Shown here piece by piece: positions 1 to 10,080 of a stretch of DNA of 64,000 nucleotides. The stretch lies in the IMG/VR virus record IMGVR_UViG_3300014205_000183; one strand, 5' to 3'. The position numbers and the translations under genes were made by a program. This DNA comes from a virus. Taxonomy: Duplodnaviria > Caudoviricetes. Every line of letters starts with the position of its first letter. Positions within the stretch are counted from its first letter, which is position 1. The notes under the pieces were generated by a model. The model had not been told where the DNA came from. It searched no databases and was given only the letters and a program-made list of their open reading frames with translations.

Positions 1-402
1 CGTTTCGCAACACTGCACATGATCAAATGCATTTTGTCCAAATCGTTCCAATACCTTATCAGCCGACAATTCTATACCATCAAAGCCGGGAGTAACGTTC
101 ATGTCACTAATATGTATATCACTGGCAATGCGTGGAGGTAAAAAATTATTAACGTGCTCCCACACGCAAAGCACGCCTGCATTACCGGTGCCTAAATCAA
201 GCACACCGGTTCCCGAAGGCATAACCCCACCAAATGCAGTAGTAAATAAGGCTGCGTGGGAAGGAGGATACGGAATCACCAGTTCTGGATGTCGTAAAAA
301 TAATTCTCTGGTCTTGTCTTCTCGGACGATAACTTCATCTGCATTATAACAAGTAGTTTTAAGTTCTTGATATACTGCTTCACGGTGTGCTGCATCAAAC
401 AT
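1..402 (-). CDS. Class I SAM-dependent methyltransferase (partial, runs off the window start)
   Basis: Not in the ORF track. Hand translation from ATG at 402 (AAGGAG upstream) gives MFDAAHREAV...VLDLGTGNAG...FDHVQCCET, open to position 1, with motif I (VLDLGxG). Confidence 0.75.
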   Translation of the reverse strand, partial: MFDAAHREAVYQELKTTCYNADEVIVREDKTRELFLRHPELVIPYPPSHAALFTTAFGGVMPSGTGVLDLGTGNAGVLCVWEHVNNFLPPRIASDIHISDMNVTPGFDGIELSADKVLERFGQNAFDHVQCCET

Positions 403-2113
403 GTAACGCTCCTTTATTTTCTACTATTGTCCGCCAGGTATCCTGACAGAATTGGGCATAACCTGCCCTAGAATAATCACCCCTACGATCTGTAGCTACA
501 GGAAACAGCCCTTGTAATGGAACGTGTAATCCTACTTTCTCTTCACAATCTATGATATCATCTGGAACGATACCTCTGGCAATATCTCTAATAGCTCGCT
601 TGGTTATAAAATTTTTACCATCAAAATGTATCTTCTGTTCATCTGGCAGCCCGAGTGCTCCTTGGTATACCTCATCATCTAAAAAAGGTGCACGTGCCTC
701 AATACCCGCACAACCAGCGGCACGGTCATTCATCTGCACCAGTGATGGTAGAGTAAAGGCTATTTCCATCTGGGTAACAAATTGTAAAACAGAAATGGCG
801 TTTTTAGCTAACCCGTAAGCAGCACACAACGCCCAAGGAGGAATGACATCTCCGCCCCGTTTAATTAAATGAAGAAAGGCAGATGCCCACATAACTCGTT
901 CACCTAAATTCATTTCTATATTAGCAACACCACCATGATAATAGTCCATAAGCGGCTGGTAGCGTGCATACTTGGAACGGAATAGCATATCCTCATAAAA
1001 CAACAAGTCTCTAAAATAACCGCAGAATAATTCATCAGCTCCTTGCCCTGTCAATACTGCCTTTACATATTTAGAGGCTTCAGCAGCCAACGCAAAATCA
1101 GCAATTGGGGATTGCGTAGCCAAGGGACCGTCCGTATAATACACAGTTCGGGCAACGGCTTCTCTAGTAATCTCCGGTTTAACCACGTGATGTACAGCAC
1201 CTATACGTTTGGCGACCTTAGCAGCGAAGGCATACTCTCGCTTCCCAATAGAAGTATTGAAAGCACATGTAAATACGTGCTTCGGTCTAGCTATGCAGCA
1301 AATCAAGGCGGAATCTAATCCGCCAGAAAGATAAGCCCCTATTTCATGATTACCATGATCAGAACGTTCTACGATAGCATTATAGAGCAAATCACCAACA
1401 TTGGCAGTGGTCTGTGGGTTATTCCATTTTTTAAGCTGTTCAAATGCACCTCTAAAAGAAAAACCGTTATCAGTTTTCTTAAACACAACACAGTGATTAG
1501 CGGGAACAGTAGCTATACCTGGCACCATAGATGAGAGAGGTAAACCTCCCTTTAATGCAGGCATTCCAGCGACATCAAAAACCTGAGTTTCAAGAAAATC
1601 AATATCCGAATATTCTACAGCCGCAACTTCTAAAAAAGGCAATAATGCCTTACTTTCAGAAGAAAAATAGATATGTTTAGTATTCTCATTTTGATAAAAA
1701 TACAAAGGTCGTTCACCAAAAAAATCACGACATAGGGTTAATAATTGCTTTTTATTATTCCAATAAGCAAAAGCATATTGGCCATGCAATTCAGGAAGAT
1801 ATCTTACCCCCTGTACATTAAGGTCTTCCCATAGTAATTGATGTTGTTGAAGTACATGAAAAAGATACTCTGTGTCCGTCTTATACTGTTCTTTAGGATA
1901 ACCAAAAAGTTCACCATTAAATAGTAACCAATCACCATCTCTGTGTATAATATCCGCAGTCTGCTCTTGTCCGGTAATAGCTAATCTGGCAAAACCCAAT
2001 TCAAAATCCCCATACAAGGCTCTACGCATGTCATCAGGTCCACGATGTCGAACTCGCTTCAGCATCTCCGCAGATGCCCAGCCTTTTTCAGTTGTGCCAA
2101 CAATACCGCACAT
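395..2113 (-). CDS. asnB: Asparagine synthase (glutamine-hydrolysing)-like amidotransferase
   Basis: N-terminal MCGIVG Ntn Cys, HRGPD, FNGE, RDFFGERPLY, LSGGLDS, TGQGADELFCGY, EARAPFLD. Confidence 0.9.
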   Translation of the reverse strand: MCGIVGTTEKGWASAEMLKRVRHRGPDDMRRALYGDFELGFARLAITGQEQTADIIHRDGDWLLFNGELFGYPKEQYKTDTEYLFHVLQQHQLLWEDLNVQGVRYLPELHGQYAFAYWNNKKQLLTLCRDFFGERPLYFYQNENTKHIYFSSESKALLPFLEVAAVEYSDIDFLETQVFDVAGMPALKGGLPLSSMVPGIATVPANHCVVFKKTDNGFSFRGAFEQLKKWNNPQTTANVGDLLYNAIVERSDHGNHEIGAYLSGGLDSALICCIARPKHVFTCAFNTSIGKREYAFAAKVAKRIGAVHHVVKPEITREAVARTVYYTDGPLATQSPIADFALAAEASKYVKAVLTGQGADELFCGYFRDLLFYEDMLFRSKYARYQPLMDYYHGGVANIEMNLGERVMWASAFLHLIKRGGDVIPPWALCAAYGLAKNAISVLQFVTQMEIAFTLPSLVQMNDRAAGCAGIEARAPFLDDEVYQGALGLPDEQKIHFDGKNFITKRAIRDIARGIVPDDIIDCEEKVGLHVPLQGLFPVATDRRGDYSRAGYAQFCQDTWRTIVENKGALHV

Positions 2114-2117
2114 TTAA

Positions 2118-3116
2118 TTAAATCCCCACTCTATAGGTTGTTCCACGAAACTCATCACGGTCTGCACGAAGATCAAAATGAGCATTAGCCCGCCAACGAG
2201 TAGGAGTCTTCATAATCGCCCATATTCGATACTCCCCTCTTGTAACTTTGATGCCGTTAACCTCACCAATATGACCCCATAAAAATGGGTGTACGGATTG
2301 CATAACCTTATTATCATCACCAAGGTATTCATACACACAACACTGCCTATCTAAGATAGTATGCACCCCATAATTATTGAGGCGCAGGCCGTAATCACAA
2401 TCCTGGGGTTCAGGAACGCCATCATAGTCCTCATCATTACCATTGATAGCTAACGAGGCTTCTAGCGACATAGACATATTACGGCCGTAGCACCAAGCCC
2501 CGGAAACCAACTCATAATCCCCAATCATAATCGGCTTACCACTAGGCTGAGGATAGTTGGCGTATGCCCTCGGGTCGTCAGCAAGCGAAGCAGAAGTGTC
2601 TCTTAAGTTCTGTGTATTATTAGCATCAAAAGAACCTGTGCGACAAAACGCATTGTTTAAATCAAACGGCTCATGCGTAGCCAAGTCTGCAACATTGTGC
2701 CAATCTTTAAAAGACCATCCGAGACCAACCATGTGGCAGGGGTTACCGTCGTAGGAATAGGTAACCTGGTTACCCTTATAATGTCTATACAAAAAGTCGG
2801 GCTTAAACCAAATATTATCATCTACCCAGACCAGAATATCCCCTTGTGCCTCCATGATACCGCTGTTCCTGGCGTTAGACATGGCAGGCATATTAAAGTC
2901 ATGATAGATGGACCATTTAGGTTCTATAACTCTAACAGGGAATTTGCCTCCCACAATTCGACGTACAATATTATAATATGTCGGACGGGTACGTAATTTC
3001 CTATCCACTATGACCCATTCAAAATCAGTAAAAGTTTGATCAACCAGGCATTGCGCCATCTTATCAAGATTGGGGTTATCCCGGCAGGTGCAAGTTATAA
3101 CAGATATCTTTGGCAC
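2118..3116 (-). CDS. Glycosyltransferase family 2
   Basis: ISVIT...QTFTDFEWVIVD, ARNSGI...GDILVWVDD, late DCDYGLRL motif. Confidence 0.85.
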   Translation of the reverse strand: MPKISVITCTCRDNPNLDKMAQCLVDQTFTDFEWVIVDRKLRTRPTYYNIVRRIVGGKFPVRVIEPKWSIYHDFNMPAMSNARNSGIMEAQGDILVWVDDNIWFKPDFLYRHYKGNQVTYSYDGNPCHMVGLGWSFKDWHNVADLATHEPFDLNNAFCRTGSFDANNTQNLRDTSASLADDPRAYANYPQPSGKPIMIGDYELVSGAWCYGRNMSMSLEASLAINGNDEDYDGVPEPQDCDYGLRLNNYGVHTILDRQCCVYEYLGDDNKVMQSVHPFLWGHIGEVNGIKVTRGEYRIWAIMKTPTRWRANAHFDLRADRDEFRGTTYRVGI

Positions 3117-3851
3117 TTATTGTCTCCGAAATAAATTAAGAATCCAAGGTCTGTCACTTGCGGCAAGATGACCATCAAAATCCTCAGCAGCTACTACAGG
3201 TGCAATCGGCTGTGGCTTATTTTCTATCATAACAGGTACTGTTACAATAACAGGCGGCCGCATCTCTAGTGAAAGAGGCACGATCACCCTACTACGTGTG
3301 GTGGGAGGTAATTTAGCGTAAATACGCTTCCATACCGACTCTAACCCCTCGTTAATTAATATCTGATACAAATCGGATGCTTTGAAACCATATCTATTCT
3401 GAGCATGCGGGTACTCTTTAAAGTTAGTCCAATTACCTGCCCACTCCATCCCCAGACTTTTAACAATCTTTCCATATGCTGCCCAATTAACTTTTTGAGT
3501 TTTGCCTGTTGCATCAATGTATGTGTCTTTCCAACTCCATTGCATACCTATTTTAGTTTGGTCACCATCGGGGACCGCATCGAAGGCTAATCCATATGTG
3601 TGGAAACCCATACCCGGTTTGGCGTTTGTAACCACCGCCTTAGAATTAGTAACTACCCAAATACCATTTTGCTGTGTACGACCCTGTGAAAAGCGATCAA
3701 GCTGACGCTCCAGGCTTCTATAGGTCTCAAATACATATAAATCAAGCTCAGTCATCTTGCGGGCAGCTTTTGCAACCTGCTCTGCAAATGGTGGAAATAA
3801 TGTATCAAGGGAGCGTATAACCGTACTCATTGTAAAGGCCTCCTTATGCAA
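3117..3851 (-). CDS. M15-family peptidase (L-Ala-D-Glu peptidase), probable endolysin
   Basis: ETYRSLERQ, VTNAKPG..FHTYGLAFD, EWAGNW...EYPHAQ zinc-binding motifs. True start may be Met at 3830. Confidence 0.85.
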   Translation of the reverse strand: MHKEAFTMSTVIRSLDTLFPPFAEQVAKAARKMTELDLYVFETYRSLERQLDRFSQGRTQQNGIWVVTNSKAVVTNAKPGMGFHTYGLAFDAVPDGDQTKIGMQWSWKDTYIDATGKTQKVNWAAYGKIVKSLGMEWAGNWTNFKEYPHAQNRYGFKASDLYQILINEGLESVWKRIYAKLPPTTRSRVIVPLSLEMRPPVIVTVPVMIENKPQPIAPVVAAEDFDGHLAASDRPWILNLFRRQ

Positions 3852-3897
3852 AGGAATATAAATAAAGTATTATGGAATACCAACAAAAAAATAAATA

Positions 3898-4233
3898 TTA
3901 TTCTATTCGATCTGTGTAGTGAAATCCTTGAAATCCCCTATGAGGTATAGGTGTTTTTAAATATACAGGTGGGCATGCCAAAAGTAAATTAAGACCAAAC
4001 CACACTCGCCCAGTAACAGCACAAACAGGGTCTTGGATGTATCCTTTAAAAATGTGATAACAAGTAATAAAACCCTGCTCAATAAAGTATACTCTATCGC
4101 CCACATTTAACTTAGTAGGCTTTTTTGGTACCTTCCAAAATTGCACTACTGCATCTTTAAATTGAGAAACGACTACATCTTCTTTTACTTGATTGCCTGT
4201 TTCAGATTTTGGAATAGTTACTAGTAAATCCAT
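3898..4233 (-). CDS. Hypothetical protein, PUA/ASCH-like
   Basis: FWKV..PTKLNVGDRVYF and GFQGFHY pattern; GGAGG RBS. Confidence 0.5.
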   Translation of the reverse strand: MDLLVTIPKSETGNQVKEDVVVSQFKDAVVQFWKVPKKPTKLNVGDRVYFIEQGFITCYHIFKGYIQDPVCAVTGRVWFGLNLLLACPPVYLKTPIPHRGFQGFHYTDRIE

Positions 4234-5342
4234 TAGTCAACTCCTCCCATAACCCTATTAGAAAACATCATATCTTTTCCCAGATACCCGGTAGTTACAA
4301 TATCCATATCTAGGTCCAACGCTGAAGGGCAGAATGTTCGTGTAACATCCGTATGCGTAAGCCCTAATAATCCGCCTAGACTACTATTAATCATGAAACG
4401 ACCTGAAAAACCCATGAGCACCGCAAACTGTGACTCGTAAGCTAAACCTGTCTTCAACATCTCGACATACAGCTTCTTAGACTGAGTATAACATTTGAGT
4501 ATCTCATCCAACAATGCCTCATCTTTGATGTAGATTTCATACTGCTCAGCGTTATTTATACCGAAAAAAGGAGTCCAGATTTGCCGTTGAAGATTCACCT
4601 GGAAAGGTGGATTAGCCTGACGGAAGCTCATGTATGCCTGAAAGTCAGAAACAAATTCATAGGTTAGCGCCTGGCCAAAATCAAGCCCTGAGCGTAACGC
4701 CATATTATCTTCTGAGGCCGGGTTCATATATTCTTTAAGCATATTATCCCACACCTCCTTATCAATAGAAGGTATAAGCAGCCTCAGCTGATTCATTGGC
4801 TGCATTACCCAGGGATATATCAAATTGGCCAGTAAATATTCAGTATAAAAACCACTATCATTTTGTATAAATGTTGTACGGCCTACATCTCGCTGCGGTG
4901 TATATCCGGCGCACAAACGTTGACCCACCTTCTCTACCGCCTGCATCTGCTTCTTAACTGTTGCCACATCCCAAACATTGCCCGGGACCAGGGGTTCCAA
5001 TATTTGATTTGTTACCGGACCGGCTAAGACCTCCAATGTTCGTGCATTAGGAACTACATCCTCTGCAACCATATCAATTTTTAATGCATTTAGTTGAGTA
5101 CCTATGGGAAGAAGCGACTGGGCCACCCAAGTAGCAAGCGGATTTTTATGTCCCTGGCTCTCTAAGTGCTCCTTAACTTTGTGGTAAGTCTGAATAAAAA
5201 ATGACATGTTATTAGCATAATATTCACCAACCGAGGAGTCCATGATATGCGCTGGGCGTGTAAAATCAGACATAATCAGTTCAGACAACAGTGTGAGATT
5301 GGGATTGATTACAGACGCGCCATCAAGGTCAAGTATGTGCAT
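4233..5342 (-). CDS. Hypothetical protein, possibly a degenerate ThyX-like fold
   Basis: C-terminal QRQIWTPFFG...SQFAVLMGF resembles tandem ThyX proteins, but the catalytic RHR motif is absent. Confidence 0.35.
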   Translation of the reverse strand: MHILDLDGASVINPNLTLLSELIMSDFTRPAHIMDSSVGEYYANNMSFFIQTYHKVKEHLESQGHKNPLATWVAQSLLPIGTQLNALKIDMVAEDVVPNARTLEVLAGPVTNQILEPLVPGNVWDVATVKKQMQAVEKVGQRLCAGYTPQRDVGRTTFIQNDSGFYTEYLLANLIYPWVMQPMNQLRLLIPSIDKEVWDNMLKEYMNPASEDNMALRSGLDFGQALTYEFVSDFQAYMSFRQANPPFQVNLQRQIWTPFFGINNAEQYEIYIKDEALLDEILKCYTQSKKLYVEMLKTGLAYESQFAVLMGFSGRFMINSSLGGLLGLTHTDVTRTFCPSALDLDMDIVTTGYLGKDMMFSNRVMGGVD

Positions 5343-5359
5343 AGATTCTCCTATATAAT

Positions 5360-5659
5360 TTAAGTAAGCACTTTCTCCGGCTTAACAGTCGCTAGTATAA
5401 ATTCAAATTGATTGTTTCTAACAATATAATCACTAAACCGTGTAACAGACAAACGGTCGGCGTACTGTTCCTCCCCTGCACCCCTATTTACAGTAAAGTA
5501 CCCAATCAAAGAAGGTGACCCTGGAGTAATAATGAATTTATACTTGACAGCATGCTTATCTATAGGCGTTACCCCTTCTAGGCTCCGTATACTGGTCGTA
5601 GTTTTAAGCAACTGTATAATCGCTTTTGTTAACACCGTTTTTTGATCACGTTGGCGCAA
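5360..5659 (-). CDS. Hypothetical protein
   Basis: 99-aa ORF in a co-oriented gene run. Confidence 0.5.
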   Translation of the reverse strand: MRQRDQKTVLTKAIIQLLKTTTSIRSLEGVTPIDKHAVKYKFIITPGSPSLIGYFTVNRGAGEEQYADRLSVTRFSDYIVRNNQFEFILATVKPEKVLT

Positions 5660-5900
5660 TCGGATCTCCTATGAGTTCGAAATCCAAATACTTTACTTCC
5701 TGCCCACACAATACACAACGATCCTCAGCAAGTATTATGAAGGTCTTAGAATCTCGTCGGACCAACAACATACCTGTATAACAAAAAGGGCATTCCCGTT
5801 TAAAAACAGAATCTGGTGATGAAGGAACCAATGCGCGGTGGTGTATTTCTACTGGTGGCTTATGCATATTTATGCCAGCCAGATTTTTTGTTTTATTCAT
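5646..5900 (-). CDS. Small Zn-ribbon protein
   Basis: CPFC...CVLC. Start moved to ATG at 5900 to avoid overlap with the HD gene. Confidence 0.5.
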   Translation of the reverse strand: MNKTKNLAGINMHKPPVEIHHRALVPSSPDSVFKRECPFCYTGMLLVRRDSKTFIILAEDRCVLCGQEVKYLDFELIGDPIAPT

Positions 5901-5904
5901 GATC

Positions 5905-6861
5905 TTACCGGTTATCCATCTGTGGAACATACGCATAACCTGATAAAACTTGGGAGTAGTTTCCCCAACCGTCATCCGCAATAGCCTGTGTCCTAATAGC
6001 CTCTTCAATATGTCCAAGACTGCTCACCATATAATCTGCGTGATGCACTGCTAAGGCCTCCCGGGTGGCGGGTTTAATATCACCAAACTGACCGTGATGG
6101 GCTAAAATGCAGTGCCGAATGTGGTTTATGGTTTTGGTATCCACTAAAATGTTTCCTAACACCATAAAATGCGCAATTAATTCCAACGCCATTACTGCGT
6201 GTGAAACCAAACGTGCTTCTGGGGCGTAGGTCATGTCACCTGTGTATTCCTTGACTTTGCCTATATCGTGATACAAGGCGCAAAAGAATACCACGTTCAT
6301 ATCCATACCTTTAGACAACAATAGTTGATTATTAAGGATGGATAGTACCTCCCACGTATGCTTGGCCAAGCCACCGCGTAGAGCTTCATGATTCTTCTTA
6401 GCCGCCGGAGTAATGGTTAAATGCGGCTCCATATATTCAAACAACATCTGTGATAATTTTAAAATACTTGGGTCAGTGAAAGCGGTGGACCACTGTTTTA
6501 ATTCTATGATATACTTTTGAAGCTCATCTGCGGGAACAGTAGGTAGACATCTATTTTTAAATTCAGATAAATCACTAACATCGGTGATTATTCCCATGTG
6601 TGTAGCCCATACCTGTATACTACCTTTACTTTCTCCGATAACGCCTATAGCGTGTGCGACATCGCCCGGTTTAAAAACAGGCAGCGTTTTATTATTCTCA
6701 AATAAAGTCCCCATTACTGGATTTGCCATAATGTCAAATCCTGACCAAGCAAGATATTTAGTTTGATTAGACGCCGTGCGGATAGAGGTGGTTTGAATAT
6801 AAACCCAGCCATCAGCAGACGTTGCGACGGGGAGGCCCGAGAGAGCATTAGAATTTAGCAT
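5905..6861 (-). CDS. yhaM: OB-fold + HD-domain nuclease, YhaM/Cbf1-like 3'-5' exoribonuclease
   Basis: PAAKKNH...GGLAKHT, LYHDIGKVKEY, HCILAHHG, PATREALAVHHAD. Confidence 0.8.
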   Translation of the reverse strand: MLNSNALSGLPVATSADGWVYIQTTSIRTASNQTKYLAWSGFDIMANPVMGTLFENNKTLPVFKPGDVAHAIGVIGESKGSIQVWATHMGIITDVSDLSEFKNRCLPTVPADELQKYIIELKQWSTAFTDPSILKLSQMLFEYMEPHLTITPAAKKNHEALRGGLAKHTWEVLSILNNQLLLSKGMDMNVVFFCALYHDIGKVKEYTGDMTYAPEARLVSHAVMALELIAHFMVLGNILVDTKTINHIRHCILAHHGQFGDIKPATREALAVHHADYMVSSLGHIEEAIRTQAIADDGWGNYSQVLSGYAYVPQMDNR

Positions 6862-6943
6862 CAGTTCATCCTTTGTTAACCAGTAATTAAGATATATCGT
6901 ACAAAACCAAAAACCAATAAAAATAAATAATCTAAAACGTTAT

Positions 6944-7297
6944 TTATAATCTGCTATTTATATACGGCCAAACCTCACTACCATAACAAGCCTCCATAGC
7001 AGCCTCAAAGATATACTGACCAGTCTCCTCAACATGCTCGTGATTTTCTATACTCCCAATATATGCCTTACAAAGATCATGTACTTGCGTAAAATCAGGA
7101 TTCGAGTGCAGCTCCAGTGTCTTATTAACGGGAACTGGTGGTGCCAATTGCGTATTTTTGCCAATAGCGTTCAAAATCTTTAAAGCAATCTCCGGGTCTG
7201 ATTTTATTCTTCCCTCTAACTCCCAGCAGCGGTCACACAACTTCGTGCCCAACATAATTGTAGGCTCACCGCAAATGCGGCAGGGAATAGTGCTCAT
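6944..7297 (-). CDS. Hypothetical Zn-finger protein
   Basis: CRIC...CDRC. Confidence 0.55.
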   Translation of the reverse strand: MSTIPCRICGEPTIMLGTKLCDRCWELEGRIKSDPEIALKILNAIGKNTQLAPPVPVNKTLELHSNPDFTQVHDLCKAYIGSIENHEHVEETGQYIFEAAMEACYGSEVWPYINSRL

Positions 7298-7608
7298 AGG
7301 GTACCGCCTGTTTCTAAAGGTACTGTATTCTCTTCTGGAAGGTCTTCGAACGCACCTTCATTAACAGCCATTAAACTCTTGATTTCTTGAATTTGTAGGC
7401 TGATAGTTTTCTTGAAAACATCTGGAACAGACTGTGTTGTACCTTCGGGTATTGGAGGTCTGCGATGCGGGTCATCTACTTTAAAATTGAATTTAGTTGT
7501 GGCATACTTCTCCTCATCACGCATTGACCGCCAGGCAGCCAATACTTTGGATTCATCTGCCACCTTAAACAGATATTTAATATCGCTCTTTGTATAAATG
7601 ACTATCAT
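7294..7608 (-). CDS. Hypothetical protein
   Basis: ATGA-coupled to neighbours. Confidence 0.55.
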   Translation of the reverse strand: MIVIYTKSDIKYLFKVADESKVLAAWRSMRDEEKYATTKFNFKVDDPHRRPPIPEGTTQSVPDVFKKTISLQIQEIKSLMAVNEGAFEDLPEENTVPLETGGTL

Positions 7609-7796
7609 AACACCTCGCTAACCAATTTAGAAAAAGACTCCGGTTCTACTATGACCTCTTTACCATCTTTTTCCCGCTCCAGAGTTACTAATGACCGCCC
7701 ATGTAACTTCTTTACTTTATAGGTGGTCTTGGCCTTACCGTGGGCTATAAAACGCATACCCTCGGTGTATGCTGTGTGCGTAAGGGTAGAGGCCAT
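7605..7796 (-). CDS. Hypothetical protein
   Basis: Translationally coupled small ORF. Confidence 0.5.
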   Translation of the reverse strand: MASTLTHTAYTEGMRFIAHGKAKTTYKVKKLHGRSLVTLEREKDGKEVIVEPESFSKLVSEVL

Positions 7797-8335
7797 TAAC
7801 GGCTCCTCTTACTGTTATAGCTATTGAACGCCTGCTGCTCAGCACGGTCGGCGAGTTCCTTCCTTCTGCGACGTTGCGCCGGGGTCAGCTGCTCATCCGG
7901 TATGGCATCCTCATCATCATGCTTGTCATACCAAGCACCGCCTTTGCCCTTCTTTGGCTTAGAATGACTAGGTGTTACTGGAGCAGGTGCGGTTGTCTGC
8001 GCCTGAACAGGTGAAATCTTCGGCGGTGGCGCCACCATAGAAACCATCTCCGCGGGTGGCAACCCCATAAAACCCTGTTTCAAAGTATGCTTATCTTCGT
8101 ATCCCTCAACTGTCAGTACACTATAACTTACATCTATTAGGCCGCTGGTGTCATTAGCGTTACTTTGCAGAGTAAGATAGTGTCGCAGTGTCGATATAGT
8201 CTTGGCTCGGTCTATGCGCACGGTGCCGCTTTCTCGTTTTACTCCCAACATATCTTCCGGGGCCTGGAAGGAACCTTCGACATGCCTCTTACCAACCAAC
8301 ACAGCTTTATACCTTATTGTCGCGAAACCATTCAT
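7796..8335 (-). CDS. Hypothetical protein
   Basis: 179 aa, GAAGGGTG RBS. Confidence 0.55.
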   Translation of the reverse strand: MNGFATIRYKAVLVGKRHVEGSFQAPEDMLGVKRESGTVRIDRAKTISTLRHYLTLQSNANDTSGLIDVSYSVLTVEGYEDKHTLKQGFMGLPPAEMVSMVAPPPKISPVQAQTTAPAPVTPSHSKPKKGKGGAWYDKHDDEDAIPDEQLTPAQRRRRKELADRAEQQAFNSYNSKRSR

Positions 8336-8441
8336 TTGATCACCCTTCTTTTAAATTGTATGTAATAAACTCGCCCGAGAGTCAGTTTTCACAGGGAACC
8401 CTCGGACGAGTAACCCAGGGGAGGTAGTCCACCCAGATTTG

Positions 8442-8636
8442 TTAAAAATTTGAAAACCACAATAATAAACCATCTAATTGTCCTGCCTGTATTGATAGAC
8501 CGAGTACTTGTAAACAAAAAAGAAGTGCAAATCCCCAGGCCATAAAAGCCTCCCTATTACCATCTTGAAAAGATAGCATTAGCCCTAATATTATCACAAT
8601 CAACAATAAAGCATTTATTATAATCTGGTAGTGCAT
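8442..8636 (-). CDS. Small two-TM membrane protein
   Basis: AGGAG RBS before MHYQII and two hydrophobic segments. The 5' extension in the ORF track overlaps the DUF932 gene. Confidence 0.5.
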   Translation of the reverse strand: MHYQIIINALLLIVIILGLMLSFQDGNREAFMAWGFALLFCLQVLGLSIQAGQLDGLLLWFSNF

Positions 8637-8679
8637 ATCAAAGCTCCTAAAGAGGCCGGTATTACCCGGCCACATGTTT

Positions 8680-9609
8680 TTAAAGTGCCATTGCAGTTTC
8701 AAATGCCAACTGTTTAACATCCGCCCCGTGTCCAAGCAGTACAGAAGAATAGCGACGATCTTCGTCATTACGATTCGTATAATGATCAATATATTCTGTA
8801 GTGCCATTGAATAAATCCCATGCGCTACCTTGACCATTACCTTTACCGTTCTCAAACAGATTGGTGATATCTACTCGTTTAGCCCCGACCTTTGGGCGAC
8901 GAACCTTTCTCGAAACACCATCTATCTCCTGTATCTCAATCGGCTTACCTACAACAGTATCCAGGAATCTTTCAACCATTGCGCGGTCAAGCTGCTTCTG
9001 AGCGAGGTATTGACATTTTTCTTGAAAAGCTACAAAAGTATCCTGAGACATATTAAAGACCTTAACAGCCTCAGAAAAACGCTCAGCCAACGTGGTGCCT
9101 TTATGCTGAATACGAATCTCATCTTTACGACCCGCCCACATCAAGCGAAACTGATTAGCACACCATGCGCGAAGAGTTCCACTGAATGCCAATACTGAAC
9201 CACCACCATCATGGTGATTAGAAAGATTGATGTATTTATCAACATGGTCGCCTGGGCGTACATCAAAACCGCCATTAATCTTCATCTGAAGTAAGATATT
9301 AGCACCACCATTGAGACAGTAGGCATGCTCATATGTTGCACCATAGCGTTCAACAAGTGTATCTGCAAAGGCAAATGCCTCATGGTTCTGGAGTGGAGTA
9401 TACTTGAGACCTACGACGCCAATTACCGCCTGATTATCAGAGCGATAGAGAGCCTTGCGCTGAGGGACAGGCAAACCATTAGTGGTTATTAATTCAGACT
9501 GTTCCACAGTCCAATTAAGACCAGCAATAGACATTGCCTCCTCTGCCGTTTTAGCTGACTGAAGTGCTGCGTGTACAACCTGAGTCTGAATTGTGCTTGG
9601 TGTGTTCAT
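8680..9609 (-). CDS. DUF932 / TIGR03299 phage-plasmid protein
   Basis: AGLNWTV, YTPLQNHEAFAF, NHHDG, RAWCANQ, GSAWDLFNGTTEYIDH; AGGAGG RBS. Confidence 0.85.
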   Translation of the reverse strand: MNTPSTIQTQVVHAALQSAKTAEEAMSIAGLNWTVEQSELITTNGLPVPQRKALYRSDNQAVIGVVGLKYTPLQNHEAFAFADTLVERYGATYEHAYCLNGGANILLQMKINGGFDVRPGDHVDKYINLSNHHDGGGSVLAFSGTLRAWCANQFRLMWAGRKDEIRIQHKGTTLAERFSEAVKVFNMSQDTFVAFQEKCQYLAQKQLDRAMVERFLDTVVGKPIEIQEIDGVSRKVRRPKVGAKRVDITNLFENGKGNGQGSAWDLFNGTTEYIDHYTNRNDEDRRYSSVLLGHGADVKQLAFETAMAL

Positions 9610-9633
9610 GATACTACCTCCTAAAATGTTTTT

Positions 9634-9695
9634 GTCGAGCAGACCCTGTATCCGTCCGACAATTATAATATAATGATTCTAAAATTCAAAGTCAA
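9634..9695 (-). promoter_or_regulatory. Sigma70-type promoter (TTGACT-17-TATATT) plus 5' leader hairpin with ACAGG loop
   Basis: -35 at 9690-9695, -10 at 9667-9672, hairpin at 9634-9660. Confidence 0.65.
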
Positions 9696-10057
9696 CAAAA
9701 AAATATAAAAATAAGTGACGCTATGGTGATAAGAGTACATAAGCTAGCACGAGATGAAGGTGGCTTGCTATTGTAATACTCTCGCCAATCTGGGAGATCT
9801 GCTGCTCTACAGCTTTTAGGAACATCAACAGTTACATTAAAATGATTCTCAATTTTAACCTGTACCAAGATCTCACCGCTAATCTCATTAGTCACTGCAC
9901 GACAAATCACCTTTTGCGTGTTTGGCTTCCTGGTGCTATTTTTTACATACTGAGCATTAACGACGCGCATAACATCCTCGGCACAGTTAGCGGACTTAAG
10001 AGCATCGCGTAAGGCCTCTACATCGCGTAAGGCTTCTGCTTCAATTGCTGCGTTCAT
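9692..10057 (-). CDS. Hypothetical protein
   Basis: AGGAGG RBS, short EALRD duplication. Confidence 0.55.
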   Translation of the reverse strand: MNAAIEAEALRDVEALRDALKSANCAEDVMRVVNAQYVKNSTRKPNTQKVICRAVTNEISGEILVQVKIENHFNVTVDVPKSCRAADLPDWREYYNSKPPSSRASLCTLITIASLIFIFFC

Positions 10058-10080
10058 CTGTTACCTCCTTAGTTATGCTT

